The notes below the pieces were generated by a model, which was not told the DNA's origin, did no database searches, and saw nothing but the letters and a program-made list of their open reading frames with translations. Shown here in pieces: positions 10,012 to 20,211 of a stretch of DNA of 64,000 bases. The number at the start of each line of letters is the position of its first letter. The stretch's first letter is position 1. The translations under genes and the position numbers were made by a program. The stretch comes from Candidatus Bathyarchaeia archaeon (GTDB lineage: Archaea; Thermoproteota; Bathyarchaeia; 40CM-2-53-6): NCBI GenBank assembly GCA_049517415.1, contig JBEKSC010000001.1, forward strand, positions 128,001 to 192,000, given 5' to 3'.

Positions 10012-10057
10012 TTTCGTGAAATAGGTTTATCGAGCAGGACACTGCAAAAGCAAAACG

Positions 10058-11053
10058 GTGCCGTCAGTAATGGCGCTCTTTCTGACCAGAAAAGACGTTG
10101 AAGCATGCCTCACCATGGATGACACACTGGATGCTGTTGAAAGAGCATTCAAGGAACATGGGGAAGGAACTACAAACATGCCAGTCAGGTCGGGCATCAG
10201 GCTTGAGAAGGCTAAGGGAACAACTCTCTTCATGCCCGCCTACATGGAGACAATGGGCGCAATTGGGATCAAAGTGGTGTCCGTGTATCCCGACAACCCC
10301 TCAAGATACGCCCTGCCAACAACCCTAGGCGTAGTGCTCCTTACAGATCCGAAGAATGGTGAGTTACTTGCAATAATGGATGGAACTTTTCTGACGGCTA
10401 TGCGAACGGGTGCCGCGGGAGGGGTGGCCGCCAAATACTTAGCTAGAAAAGACGCAAAGAAAGTTGGAATACTAGGCGCGGGGGTCCAAGGAAGGACCCA
10501 GATCATTGCGGCCTCCAAGGTCAGGAGAGTGGAGAAAGTAAAGGCTTACGACGTCGCCCGCGATAGGTGTGAACTCTTCTGCAAACAGCTCTCGAAGGAA
10601 CTTAACATTCAAATCGAACCGGTTGATAGCGCCGAGAAGGCTGTAAGGGGATCTGACATAGTCATTACAACCAGCACTTCAAAAATGCCGATTTTGAACG
10701 GCGACTGGCTAGATGAGGGAACCCATGTGAACGCGATCGGCTCTCATACGCCGGATACCCGAGAACTCGACGCCGCATCCATAAAACGAGCGAAATTGGT
10801 CGTTGATTCTAGGGAAGCCGCATTGAAAGAAGCTGGAGACATAATGATCCCACTTTCACAGGGCCTTATCACCCCTGATCAAATCCATGCTGAACTCGGG
10901 GAAATTGTAACGAACAAGAAAGTGGGCAGAATAAGTGATAATGAAATAACTATTTTCAAATCCTTAGGGCTCGCAATCCAGGACGTCTCAACAGCTAACA
11001 AGGTATACGAGCTTGCGTTGAAACGTGGCGTGGGAACACGAATGGCAATCTAA
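10058..11053 (+). CDS. ornithine cyclodeaminase/mu-crystallin family protein (archaeal alanine dehydrogenase-like)
   Basis: KVVSVYPDN, LTAMRTGAAG, GAGVQG, FKSLGLAIQD. Confidence 0.85.
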   Translation: MPSVMALFLTRKDVEACLTMDDTLDAVERAFKEHGEGTTNMPVRSGIRLEKAKGTTLFMPAYMETMGAIGIKVVSVYPDNPSRYALPTTLGVVLLTDPKNGELLAIMDGTFLTAMRTGAAGGVAAKYLARKDAKKVGILGAGVQGRTQIIAASKVRRVEKVKAYDVARDRCELFCKQLSKELNIQIEPVDSAEKAVRGSDIVITTSTSKMPILNGDWLDEGTHVNAIGSHTPDTRELDAASIKRAKLVVDSREAALKEAGDIMIPLSQGLITPDQIHAELGEIVTNKKVGRISDNEITIFKSLGLAIQDVSTANKVYELALKRGVGTRMAI

Positions 11054-11130
11054 ATGGCTGAACATCCCACGGTTACCGCAATGGCTTATTTCTCTAGGGC
11101 ACCTAGATATGATGCAGGAAAATCGAAACC

Positions 11131-12387
11131 TTGCCCAAGCTAACTTTCATCGACTGTCAAACTGCAGGCATATCGGGAGACATGCTGTTAGCCGCTTTGA
11201 TCGATGCCGGGGCACATATCGGCAGAATCCAAGAAATCCTAGAACTAATCCCGAAACACTATCCCAGATGCAAGTCACTTGATCTTACGACTAAAGAGGT
11301 CAAGAAACATGGGTTTCGATCTTGCTCAGTGGATTTCACAATCTCCGAGAAGGATGAAGAAACCCCAGCCCAAGAACTCATTCAAGCAACTGATGAAATA
11401 GCAGATGCATCAAACCTGAGCGAAAGAGCGAAGTCTTTCGCGCGGACTACGATCCGAACCCTAACGGAAGCTGAGAGTAAACTGCATGGTGTTCAAATTT
11501 CGGAGGTACATCTCCATGAGGCTGGTTCGACAGACACTTTGGCGGACATTTTCGGGGTAGCAACTGCCTGCGACTCCCTAGGAGTTTTTGATGGCGAAAT
11601 ATGTTCAACTGTGGTGGCTGTTGGAGGCGGCCCCATTGCTTTTTCACATGGAACCGTCGCAAGCCCGGCGCCTGCCGTTCTGGAGATAGCTACCCGAGGT
11701 GGAATCCCAATAATCGGCGGCCCTGAAACTGGGGAACTTGCAACTCCCACGGGTGTTTCTATGCTTTCCGCCTTGACAAAGAAATTTCTCGAATTGTATC
11801 CGCCAATGGTCCCCGATAACGTGGGGTATGGTGCTGGCAAGAATGAGCTGGCAAAGACGCCAAATTTACTCAGGGTCGTTATTGGACACGATGTGTCGGG
11901 AGGGTTCGGGTCTGAAACGGTTCTAATTCTTGAGACGAACCTTGACGACGTACCGGGTGAGACAGTGGGTCACGCCTTACAACGGATTCTTGAGTCCGGT
12001 GCAATGGATGCCTGGATTACCCCAGCACTGTTCAAGAAGACACGTCCAGGTCAAGTTCTACATGCGATTTGCGAGCCACGTGATGGCCAAAAGATCGCCG
12101 AGATTATGATTCAAGAAACGGGAACGCTTGGCGTTAGGTTTCAACAATGGAATCGCATCACTTTGCAAAGAGAAATTACAAAACTCAAACTACACCTGGC
12201 GGGCAAAATCTTTGACGTGAGAATGAAAGTCGCTAAGGACGGGTTCGGCAAAGTTGTGAGAGTCAAACCGGAATTCGAAGATATCCGTGCGATAGCTCAG
12301 GTGCTATCCATGCCCGCCCGAGAGGTAATAGATATGGTGATGCGAGAAGCGATGCAATCGGAAGCACGTAGAAAAGGTGGCGTTTAG
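11131..12387 (+). CDS. larC: nickel-pincer cofactor nickel insertase LarC
   Basis: GISGDMLLAAL, VHLHEAG..D, ELATPTG, ETNLDD, KKTRPG, ETGTLGVR, KPEFED. Confidence 0.9.
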   Translation: MPKLTFIDCQTAGISGDMLLAALIDAGAHIGRIQEILELIPKHYPRCKSLDLTTKEVKKHGFRSCSVDFTISEKDEETPAQELIQATDEIADASNLSERAKSFARTTIRTLTEAESKLHGVQISEVHLHEAGSTDTLADIFGVATACDSLGVFDGEICSTVVAVGGGPIAFSHGTVASPAPAVLEIATRGGIPIIGGPETGELATPTGVSMLSALTKKFLELYPPMVPDNVGYGAGKNELAKTPNLLRVVIGHDVSGGFGSETVLILETNLDDVPGETVGHALQRILESGAMDAWITPALFKKTRPGQVLHAICEPRDGQKIAEIMIQETGTLGVRFQQWNRITLQREITKLKLHLAGKIFDVRMKVAKDGFGKVVRVKPEFEDIRAIAQVLSMPAREVIDMVMREAMQSEARRKGGV

Positions 12388-15341
12388 GTTCGGCGCTTGA
12401 AGTATTCAACTAACTCAAGCGCTGGCATGATGCTTCCTACCAGCAAAGCTGTTAGAACAATTGCCGCACTCGCAGCCATCATCAGAACAGGTAATGTGAA
12501 TAACTCTGAAACAGCAAAGCCTGCGAATAGTGTTACGAAAGCTACGGCAATCCATTTCGCAACTCTGCGTTTTGTCTTGGCGCTGACTCTTTTTCTCTCA
12601 AGCCAAAGTACCGCCGAGAGTGGGAGGGCAAGGTATGCGACCCCGATGAGGGAACTGGCGAGTAGTCCAGCGACTAGGGCGGCTGCTTCTGGTTCAAACC
12701 CGAGCAAGGCGTAGGTGGAGGATGCGAGATGTAGGATGCCCATCAAGGGGTATAGAGATTGCTTGATCATAAACCGAGTTGTAGAATGCGTGTACTCATA
12801 CTGTGCGACTGCGGGACTGAAGGAGTAATACCACGCATTGAAAACCTGCATGAAGTTTGAGCCAGCAAACGTTTGCATTATTTGCTGGTCGCGGAAGTCC
12901 CGTAGAAACTGAACTTCAGGCGCAAGCTCGGAGCCAAACGTGGCCGTTGCGATAATGCAGGGTGATACGCGAACGCCGATGACTATTTGATGCGTTTTAG
13001 ATGGGTTGGAGCTTGTTCCAGTAATTGTTAACTGATAGGTTCCGGATGTATCTTTGAACGCAATAATCTCCATGGTCGTTGATCCAGCCTCTCCCGGGAT
13101 GAGTTGCACGTTTGCGGGCGAAAAACTAGCGCCTAAACCAATTTCTAATGGTGAGAAGGAAGCGTCGAGGTTCACGATGCCGTTGAAGGCTCCGATAGAG
13201 GTTACAGTGATCGGGATATCGTCTCGAGATCCTTGCACCAATATGACCTGGCTGACAGGCGAGGATATGTTGAAGTCTCTGAACAATGCAGTAATTACCA
13301 AAACCGGGCTCTCGGCCGGATGTTGGGGCGATCCACCGCTGGACATTCCTGTAATCGTTATTGGGTATGAGCCAGCTGGCGTATCGGCGCCAGTCTGGAT
13401 GTCAAGTTGAGAAGTAAAAGTTGGTAGCCCGCTAGGGTTGGAGAACGAAGCAGTCGCAAGAGGCGGGAGGCCAGCGTAGTTTAGGCTTACAGACTGGGAA
13501 GTTCCACTCGTGAGGGTAACCACCAAGCCGAAAGACGCTGCTCCTCCTTGCGGAATTGTCACAGTGCTGGTACTGGTCACATTGATGCTGTAGCCAAATG
13601 CTGGTGGGGGTGGCGGTGGAGCGATTTGCACTGTTAGAGTGATTGGAATAGTCTGGTTCTGGCCTCCGCTGCTAGCATGAACATTCATCGTGTAATTCCC
13701 CGTTAGCGTCGCATCCGTTGTGGCAATAGTAAGAGTCGACGCAAATGGCGGGTCTTGAGTCTGTGGGTTGAACAAGGCAGTTACGTTTTGAGGAGCATTC
13801 ACAAGCGAAAGTTGTACGGGCAGCGGGCCGCCGCTGGTCAACGCCACTTTCACATCATAGGTTGCTGTTTGTCCCTTGTTGACGATCCGCGAGGTTGGAG
13901 AGACAGAAACTTGGAAGGCATAAGGAGTGCTGAGTCGCCCTATCCTATTTACAGTAGCATTGCTTTCTGTAAACCAGAGATTATTAGCTGAGTCTAAAGC
14001 CATTTGGTCCGGTCTAGGTTCGGCTTGGGTGTTGGTTATGTTATACTCAGTAAAACCATTCACAGGACCCTGAAGTATTCCTACGTTTGAGGTTTCGAGA
14101 GGAGCTACAGTTTGCGAACTCGCCGGTGCATTAGCCGTAACTGTCGATGACAAGATGTTCGAAGTCATTGTTGCGGGAGAGGGACAGGAGGGTACTCCTA
14201 CGGGTGGTGGGATTGTGCAGTAATCCGCAGTTAGGGATATGGGAGTGAAAACATTTGTTGTGTTCAAGCTCGCAATTTTCCCCGCGTTGATTTCTGCGAA
14301 CCATATCGCACTTCGGGAAGAATCAAATGTTACGCCTGTCGGCCCTGAACCAACGGTTGGGATAACGGAGTCCATGTAGCTTGATAATGCTCCACCGGTG
14401 TCATTCCAGAGAATCGAGATCCGGTCGGCGTTAGCATCTGAGAAAATTATTGAGGGAATTGAGGTTACCGTACCGTGCGTTATGTCCGTCGGATGGAATG
14501 AAGTGCCTAGGGTGTTAAGGTTCCAGAGAGTCAGCCGATTACTGTTTGCCTCTAACCGGCCAATCATGTTACCTGTGGTTTCAGTGAACCATACGAATCG
14601 GTTGGTATATCCAACGTTCAAAGGCGTGATCACTTGAACGTAAATGCCCCAGGGTGTTAGGAGTGGCGAGCCTGGAGTTGTGGTTGCTCCTGGTAAGGTC
14701 CATTCTGTTAGGTTGTTATTGCTAGTATGGATTCTACCTATTGCGTCTCTTCCGGACTCTGTGAACCAGATATCATTGTTTTCGTCGACGTATATTCCAA
14801 CAGGGTTAGCCCCAGGCGCGAGGTGCCATTCGGTGAAGGTGTTGTTGGCTACGTTGAAACGAGCGATAGCATTCGCCGCATATTCCGTGAAGAAAACCTG
14901 AGTATAATTAACTCCTGAGATGCTGACCTCTTTGACGAACAGGTTCCGTGGCTGACTTTGCGTTGAAGGCGTGCTCCATTCAGTGAAATTTTTATTGGTG
15001 GGGTCGAAACTAGCGAGTTTACTAGTCGCGTTCTCAGTTATCCAGACTTTCCCGGCGTTGTCTATTCCGATTCCAACTGGACCGCCAGACGTTGAGGGCA
15101 CAGCCCACTCAGTAAGGCTGAATTGGGGTATGGGAGTGATTGCTGCAACGTGAAGGTCAGGCGAAAAGTTTCCCGTGTTGGCAAAAACGTTCGTAGTGTA
15201 ACTAGTTCCGGAGAACAGAACTACGACCATCAATGCGATGGCGGGGATGATTTTTCTCCTTGAATTCCCCGTTGGCCTCTTTAAGGACATCCAGGGCACT
15301 CTCTGGGCATGTTTAGGTGCGAATAAAGGTGTTTTTGCCAT
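12384..15341 (-). CDS. large surface protein: Vgb-like beta-propeller, Ig-like repeats, CFI-box-CTERM and TM anchor
   Basis: Signal-like N-terminus; repeated TEW..P...P.GI..D...WFTE blades; three F.L.V...V.QG...G.Y.ITITG repeats; PCIIATATFGSELAPEVQFLRDFRD. Confidence 0.8.
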   Translation of the reverse strand: MAKTPLFAPKHAQRVPWMSLKRPTGNSRRKIIPAIALMVVVLFSGTSYTTNVFANTGNFSPDLHVAAITPIPQFSLTEWAVPSTSGGPVGIGIDNAGKVWITENATSKLASFDPTNKNFTEWSTPSTQSQPRNLFVKEVSISGVNYTQVFFTEYAANAIARFNVANNTFTEWHLAPGANPVGIYVDENNDIWFTESGRDAIGRIHTSNNNLTEWTLPGATTTPGSPLLTPWGIYVQVITPLNVGYTNRFVWFTETTGNMIGRLEANSNRLTLWNLNTLGTSFHPTDITHGTVTSIPSIIFSDANADRISILWNDTGGALSSYMDSVIPTVGSGPTGVTFDSSRSAIWFAEINAGKIASLNTTNVFTPISLTADYCTIPPPVGVPSCPSPATMTSNILSSTVTANAPASSQTVAPLETSNVGILQGPVNGFTEYNITNTQAEPRPDQMALDSANNLWFTESNATVNRIGRLSTPYAFQVSVSPTSRIVNKGQTATYDVKVALTSGGPLPVQLSLVNAPQNVTALFNPQTQDPPFASTLTIATTDATLTGNYTMNVHASSGGQNQTIPITLTVQIAPPPPPPAFGYSINVTSTSTVTIPQGGAASFGLVVTLTSGTSQSVSLNYAGLPPLATASFSNPSGLPTFTSQLDIQTGADTPAGSYPITITGMSSGGSPQHPAESPVLVITALFRDFNISSPVSQVILVQGSRDDIPITVTSIGAFNGIVNLDASFSPLEIGLGASFSPANVQLIPGEAGSTTMEIIAFKDTSGTYQLTITGTSSNPSKTHQIVIGVRVSPCIIATATFGSELAPEVQFLRDFRDQQIMQTFAGSNFMQVFNAWYYSFSPAVAQYEYTHSTTRFMIKQSLYPLMGILHLASSTYALLGFEPEAAALVAGLLASSLIGVAYLALPLSAVLWLERKRVSAKTKRRVAKWIAVAFVTLFAGFAVSELFTLPVLMMAASAAIVLTALLVGSIMPALELVEYFKRRT

Positions 15342-15457
15342 CTATGGAGATTCCAAGTAGATATGAAGCAAACAATAGCCTCTATGGAATGGAAAGCAAG
15401 CAACCCTAAATCAAGTTTGACGAAAGCCAGGGCGTCATAGAATAGCCAGAAACTCTG

Positions 15458-15799
15458 CTAAGCGGGACGTTTCTTCTCCTTCTTTTCATCCTTGTTTTCC
15501 AAAACTCGGCCGCATTTGGCGCAGAATTTTGCTTCGACCAAGTTCTTGTGCTTACACACAGGGCAAATGACTGACGGCGCAACCACTAACGCAGACTTGG
15601 CTTTCACGAAGACAACATCGCCTATCTTTTCTATGTCGTCGAAGGAAAGAAACGATTCTTCCTCCTCCCCTAACTCAATAACCAACGCTAACCTGCCATC
15701 AGATGACCATGCGAAATCTTTCGTAACACCCAATTTCTTAGCTTCGCTATCGACTACTTCTTTGCCTATGACTTCTTCCCGCCTTCGCCATTGCACCAA
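15458..15799 (-). CDS. PRC-barrel protein with C-terminal double-CxxC zinc ribbon
   Basis: IGKEVVDSEAKKLG...IEKIGDVVFV plus CPVC...CAKC. Confidence 0.75.
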   Translation of the reverse strand: MVQWRRREEVIGKEVVDSEAKKLGVTKDFAWSSDGRLALVIELGEEEESFLSFDDIEKIGDVVFVKAKSALVVAPSVICPVCKHKNLVEAKFCAKCGRVLENKDEKKEKKRPA

Positions 15800-15889
15800 A
15801 GCTAAAGCCTCATCCGCGTTTTGTTAGTGGACTGCTTGAGTATTTAGCATTGTGCAGCTCAATGCGCACATAGTACCATCTCAAGCTGG

Positions 15890-16984
15890 ATGGGCTGGAC
15901 TTTGAAGGAACAAGATGGGATACTTTTACCCTTGAGCGTGGCAGAAAAAGGACTCCGACTATTGCGAGAGCTTGAGCTCCTTGATAACACACGCCAATTT
16001 CTTCGGACAGATAGGGCCATCCACGTGCCCCTTCTCCGTGAGTTGACAGAAAACGAAGATCGACTAATGAAAGTGCAAGTTGGTGACTTTAGAAGGCAAC
16101 GCGGCTTTTTCGGAGAAATCCAGAGGAAACCAAGAAGGCTTGACGAATATCTTCGAGGTAAAATTCCGGATGAATTGATATCAAGATTGCCTCGGTCTTT
16201 CGACTCGATTGGCGATATTGCCGTCATCGAGTTACCCGAAAGTATGGAAAAGTTCTCAGCAGTTATTGGACGAGGAATCATAGTAACAAACCCCCACATT
16301 CGACTCACGTTAAGAATATCTAGCCAAGTTGAGGGCCCATTCAGGACTCGAAAGTTCGAAGTCATGGCAGGGGTTGGCGGGACTGAAACATTCTATCGTG
16401 AGTTTTCATGCCGGTACCATCTCGACGTCTCAATGGTCTACTTTAGCCCAAGGCTTTCCCGTGAGCGAATGCGAATCGCTCAACAGGTTATGCCTGATGA
16501 GCTTGTTGTCGACATGTTTGCTGGCGTGGGCCCATACTCCATACTGATCGCGAAACTCCAACCAAAGTCCACTGTCTATTCTGTGGACATCAATCCAGCC
16601 GCTGTAAAGTATCTTAGGGAGAACGCCTTGGCGAACGGCGTTGCCGACCGGCTAATTCCAATGCACGACGACGTGAAGGAACTAGCCGGAAGAGACTTAC
16701 GCGGACTGGCTAACCGCGTCATTATGAATCTTCCTTCTGAAGCTGTGAATTACCTTCCTGCTGCTTCTCAGATCCTCAAGGACGAGGGCGGTATGGTTCA
16801 CTTCTACGCGTTCGCACAGCGAAAAGAAAGCATCGATTCGGTCCTTAGCTCATTCCGATTGACTATGGAAGGACAGAATAGGCGGATAAAATCGGTGCCT
16901 TTCTGTAAGGTGATAAAAGAAGTTGCACCAAACCGAGTTCAGGTGGCAATCGACGCGCTCTTGGGCGCTAGAGCTCCACGATGA
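15890..16984 (+). CDS. trm5: tRNA (guanine37-N1)-methyltransferase Trm5/Tyw2 family
   Basis: FDSIGDIAV, YFSPRL..ER, DMFAGVGP, DINP, IMNLP. Confidence 0.85.
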   Translation: MGWTLKEQDGILLPLSVAEKGLRLLRELELLDNTRQFLRTDRAIHVPLLRELTENEDRLMKVQVGDFRRQRGFFGEIQRKPRRLDEYLRGKIPDELISRLPRSFDSIGDIAVIELPESMEKFSAVIGRGIIVTNPHIRLTLRISSQVEGPFRTRKFEVMAGVGGTETFYREFSCRYHLDVSMVYFSPRLSRERMRIAQQVMPDELVVDMFAGVGPYSILIAKLQPKSTVYSVDINPAAVKYLRENALANGVADRLIPMHDDVKELAGRDLRGLANRVIMNLPSEAVNYLPAASQILKDEGGMVHFYAFAQRKESIDSVLSSFRLTMEGQNRRIKSVPFCKVIKEVAPNRVQVAIDALLGARAPR

Positions 16985-17402
16985 TTCGTACCAACAATCT
17001 TGTATCCGAATGAGTCAGAGCATCGATAAGTTCCCGGTCAAGGTCGTTTGCAGCTTTATCAGCTCTAAGCATAATGGTGCGACTCGAAACATAAGATGAC
17101 TTTCTACCAACTGACTCGGTTTGATGGGTGAATGAAAGTTTGGGGCTACCGCTTCCTTCGATGGAGTCAGTGATTCCGGCAGCTTCAAGTTCGACTCGTA
17201 TTGTGGATTCATCGTGTTTACACAGCTCCTGGAAATTATATGATAAGTCGAGTGGGCCCTTGTTAGCGTTGACACCGATAATACAATCCCCGCGTCGTGT
17301 TAGCTCCGTGTGTTTGGTGATTTCGAACGTAGTTCGGTGCGTAGCCACTACGTTTGGATGACCTTGCGCAGAAAGTACCTCAACACTTCTCAAAGGGGCC
17401 AA
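16968..17402 (-). CDS. DUF371 family protein
   Basis: GHPNVVATHRTTFEITK...LTRRGDCIIGV...RKS...ADKAA.DL. Confidence 0.85.
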   Translation of the reverse strand: MAPLRSVEVLSAQGHPNVVATHRTTFEITKHTELTRRGDCIIGVNANKGPLDLSYNFQELCKHDESTIRVELEAAGITDSIEGSGSPKLSFTHQTESVGRKSSYVSSRTIMLRADKAANDLDRELIDALTHSDTRLLVRIIVEL

Positions 17403-17434
17403 AGAACGAATGGAATCAATCCTTTGAATCTTTA

Positions 17435-18151
17435 TTGGCTCGATCCGGTGGTTACGACCCGAAAGAATTGACGGACTTCGCCGAGTTAAGGCGCCAAGCT
17501 GTTGACGACCTCATGCATGAGGGGATTCTCCGGAACCGGGAAATAATTAGGGCAATGAGCAAGGTTCCACGCGAGGAATTCCTACCCCATGAGGTTAGGT
17601 CATATGCCTACACAGATTCTCCTATCCCCATTGGATACGGCCAAACGACAAGCGCCCTCCACATGACCGCCCTATTTTGCGAATTTGGCGAAATGAGATT
17701 AGGCCAGCGTGTCTTGGAGGTTGGGGGCGGCTGCGGCTACATGAGCTGCGTTTACGCCGAAGTGGTCGCACCTTCAGAACAACCGAAGGAGACATGGGGT
17801 CATGTGTGGTCGGCGGAGATCGTGCCACAGTTGGCAGAGTTTGGGAAGAGAAATGTTGAACGGCTTGGATACGCTACTCGAGTGACCTTCATAGAAACAG
17901 ATGCCTCGGGAGGTTTGAAAGGCCAAGCACCGTTCGACCTAATCATAGTAACTAGTGCAGCCCCTGAGATCCCGTCCGAACTCACAGATCAAGTTAAACC
18001 CGGGGGCACTCTTCTCATCCCCGTGGGCGGGCCTCAGTTGTACCAAGAACTAATGAGGATAAGGAAAAACAAGAACGGCGGCCTTTCTCGTGAAAGCATG
18101 GGAGGAGTTGCCTTCGTGCCTATGAGGGGAAGGCGAGGCTGGAATAGGTAG
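17435..18151 (+). CDS. pcm: protein-L-isoaspartate O-methyltransferase
   Basis: VPREEF, AYTDSPIPIGYGQTTSA, LEVGGGCGY, APFDLI, VAFVPM; start moved to TTG 17435 to avoid overlap with the divergent DUF371 gene. Confidence 0.88.
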   Translation: MARSGGYDPKELTDFAELRRQAVDDLMHEGILRNREIIRAMSKVPREEFLPHEVRSYAYTDSPIPIGYGQTTSALHMTALFCEFGEMRLGQRVLEVGGGCGYMSCVYAEVVAPSEQPKETWGHVWSAEIVPQLAEFGKRNVERLGYATRVTFIETDASGGLKGQAPFDLIIVTSAAPEIPSELTDQVKPGGTLLIPVGGPQLYQELMRIRKNKNGGLSRESMGGVAFVPMRGRRGWNR

Positions 18152-18184
18152 ATAGATCCGCATTTCGCCGACATGAACACTTGA

Positions 18185-19219
18185 CTAACCGAAGTAAGAA
18201 TCGAGTGTCGTTTTCGGAGAGGGAAGCGTAGCAACTGTGATCATTCTTGACACAGCTTTTCGCACCCGGTCCTCGGAAAAATCACATTCACCGCATAGGA
18301 ATGATACTACCTTCTCTTCATCAGGTCTCGACCATTTTAGCAAGTAGTCAGGGGTTACGTCCGGTTGTAGGAATATCTTTCGTATGCTTTCGGGAGTAGG
18401 GTAGATCTTTACTTCAGGGTTGTTAGCCATCACTTTTTCGAGATTACCGTGCTCGCGGATCAGTTTCACGGCGGTCTTAGGACCGATACCCTTGACACCA
18501 TCTGGATCGAAATCAGTTCCAATCAGTATGCCCACGTCGACAAGTTGCTCTCTTGTTAGAGCGAGTTCCTCGAGTACTTTTGCCAATTCAATTATTTTGG
18601 GTTCGACCTCAACGTAGGCATCCCTGCGTGGCAGTTTTCTGCGTCCCGTGATAGCAAGGTTCTTCACCATTCTTGGCGCCCCAAAGAGTAGTGAGTCGTG
18701 GTCCTGAGATGCAACCGCCCAGACATCTCCACGGGACGCTATGAATGATGCTTGGGCTTCTCCCTCTGAGGGGGCCTGAATCCAAGCAACGCCTAGGGCG
18801 TCGAGAAGTTTCTTGGCGTCGTCGACCATATCATCTTTCAGCCGTGAGGTTGCTTGGGCGTATGTTCTCGCCTTTTCCATCCTTCCTTCTTTCAGTGCCC
18901 GTTCGTAGCGCACCACCGCTTCCTCTTTCACCTGCCGTCGCCGACGGATTTCCTCTTCCTTCAGTTCCGGCGGTTTCCCATCAAACACGAAGACAAGCTT
19001 GATGCCTTTCTCGGCAAGGTTTGCAGTCCTATACAATAAACCACTGAGATGGCTTGTAATTCTCCCATGACGGTCCTTAAGTGGCGTTCCGTCTGGCTGT
19101 CGAATTATAGCCAGGAACTGGAATAGCGCGTTGTATGCGTCCACCGCTAATGTCTTATTCGATAAACTGTCGAGAGAAGTTGCCTGCTCTGGTATGATGT
19201 CCGCTAGGTCAACACCCAA
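18185..19219 (-). CDS. fen: flap endonuclease 1
   Basis: MGV start, DAYNALFQF, VFDG, APSEGEAQA, SQDHD, GTDF..GIGPK, C-terminal PIP-like TTLDSYFG. Confidence 0.97.
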   Translation of the reverse strand: MGVDLADIIPEQATSLDSLSNKTLAVDAYNALFQFLAIIRQPDGTPLKDRHGRITSHLSGLLYRTANLAEKGIKLVFVFDGKPPELKEEEIRRRRQVKEEAVVRYERALKEGRMEKARTYAQATSRLKDDMVDDAKKLLDALGVAWIQAPSEGEAQASFIASRGDVWAVASQDHDSLLFGAPRMVKNLAITGRRKLPRRDAYVEVEPKIIELAKVLEELALTREQLVDVGILIGTDFDPDGVKGIGPKTAVKLIREHGNLEKVMANNPEVKIYPTPESIRKIFLQPDVTPDYLLKWSRPDEEKVVSFLCGECDFSEDRVRKAVSRMITVATLPSPKTTLDSYFG

Positions 19220-19314
19220 GGCTTATCCCTACCTCCCCCAGCATTTAGTTGTACTTGCTCCCTACAAGATTTGTGTGGAGAGTCGCTAGGGGTAATTGAG
19301 GTTAAGAATTGCAT

Positions 19315-19476
19315 CTAGCAGTCGTGGCCGTCCCTGACCTTGACGACAATTTCGCGAAGCTCTCCTCTAATGTAGACTTTGACAATGGCCCATTTACCAT
19401 GAACGAAGTGCTGCTCTAACAGTTCTAACCTACGGACTTCTGATTCAAGTCGCATTGGGCCGTTTGCGCCTTGCAT
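19315..19476 (-). CDS. 53-aa hypothetical protein (below ORF-track cutoff)
   Basis: Manually read ATG..TAG frame MQGANGPMRLESEVRRLELLEQHFVHGKWAIVKVYIRGELREIVVKVRDGHDC filling an intergenic gap in the same orientation as its neighbours. Confidence 0.4.
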   Translation of the reverse strand: MQGANGPMRLESEVRRLELLEQHFVHGKWAIVKVYIRGELREIVVKVRDGHDC

Positions 19477-19571
19477 AAAGACGCCTGCCGAAGCTAGATT
19501 AGCCGTTTAGACTTCCACAAGGCAACCTGGGAATTTGTCTCCGAAGGTAGGTGCACTATTGTGGTTGGCTT

Positions 19572-20030
19572 TCACGTGTCTGCGAAAGCTTCATGAATCG
19601 AGTTTGCAGGCTCTTCCCTCACTGATTCTGGTTCCGTTTCAGTTTCAGTTTCTGCTTCACGGCCAGCTATTGCGTAGGACTCTGACAGAGCCTGGGAAGC
19701 GAATAGGTTGACCAGTGTGTTTGGGCTCGCCTCACCGCTCAGTCGGCCGACCCTGCCTTTCAGGTGCCGCCACTTCAATTGGGTTCGGCCGCTCTTGGAG
19801 TTGTAAATTATTCCCAATACATTTGACACCCTAGTGAACCTGATCTCGCGTATTTGTTGAAGAGTCTCCTTATCTTCGGCCTCAACATACATGGTCCCTT
19901 TTTCCGAGGATCTTTCGGGGTATATGGTCTCGTCTTCGTCCATGTCTAGTGGAATGTAGGATTGGCAGGTGCTCATGATCATGAAACGGCGGAAACGATC
20001 GAGATCGCAAACTGAATCTATTTTGACCAA
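19572..20030 (-). CDS. hypothetical protein with acidic tail
   Basis: 152-aa ORF with globular-looking composition and ETETETE tail; no family recognised. Confidence 0.65.
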   Translation of the reverse strand: MVKIDSVCDLDRFRRFMIMSTCQSYIPLDMDEDETIYPERSSEKGTMYVEAEDKETLQQIREIRFTRVSNVLGIIYNSKSGRTQLKWRHLKGRVGRLSGEASPNTLVNLFASQALSESYAIAGREAETETETEPESVREEPANSIHEAFADT

Positions 20031-20211
20031 CGTTGTGTCCCTAGCGTAAGCTGGAATAGGCTACTGGAAGTGTTACCAAGCTGCTGTTTGAATTTGTCGG
20101 TTCTTCCAATCGTTGACGTCAAACCCGGCCTTGACCCAATACGTTGCGTGAAGTTAGCAATCAATTTATAACCTTCAGAGCTGTGCGTGTGGGAACCCGA
20201 AGTGCGATTAG

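Noticed and set aside
17354..17434. N-terminal extension of pcm
   Set aside because: Overlaps the divergent DUF371 start; TTG 17435 is more plausible
19630..19660. TTTCAG-type short tandem repeat
   Set aside because: Simply encodes the ETETETE acidic tail
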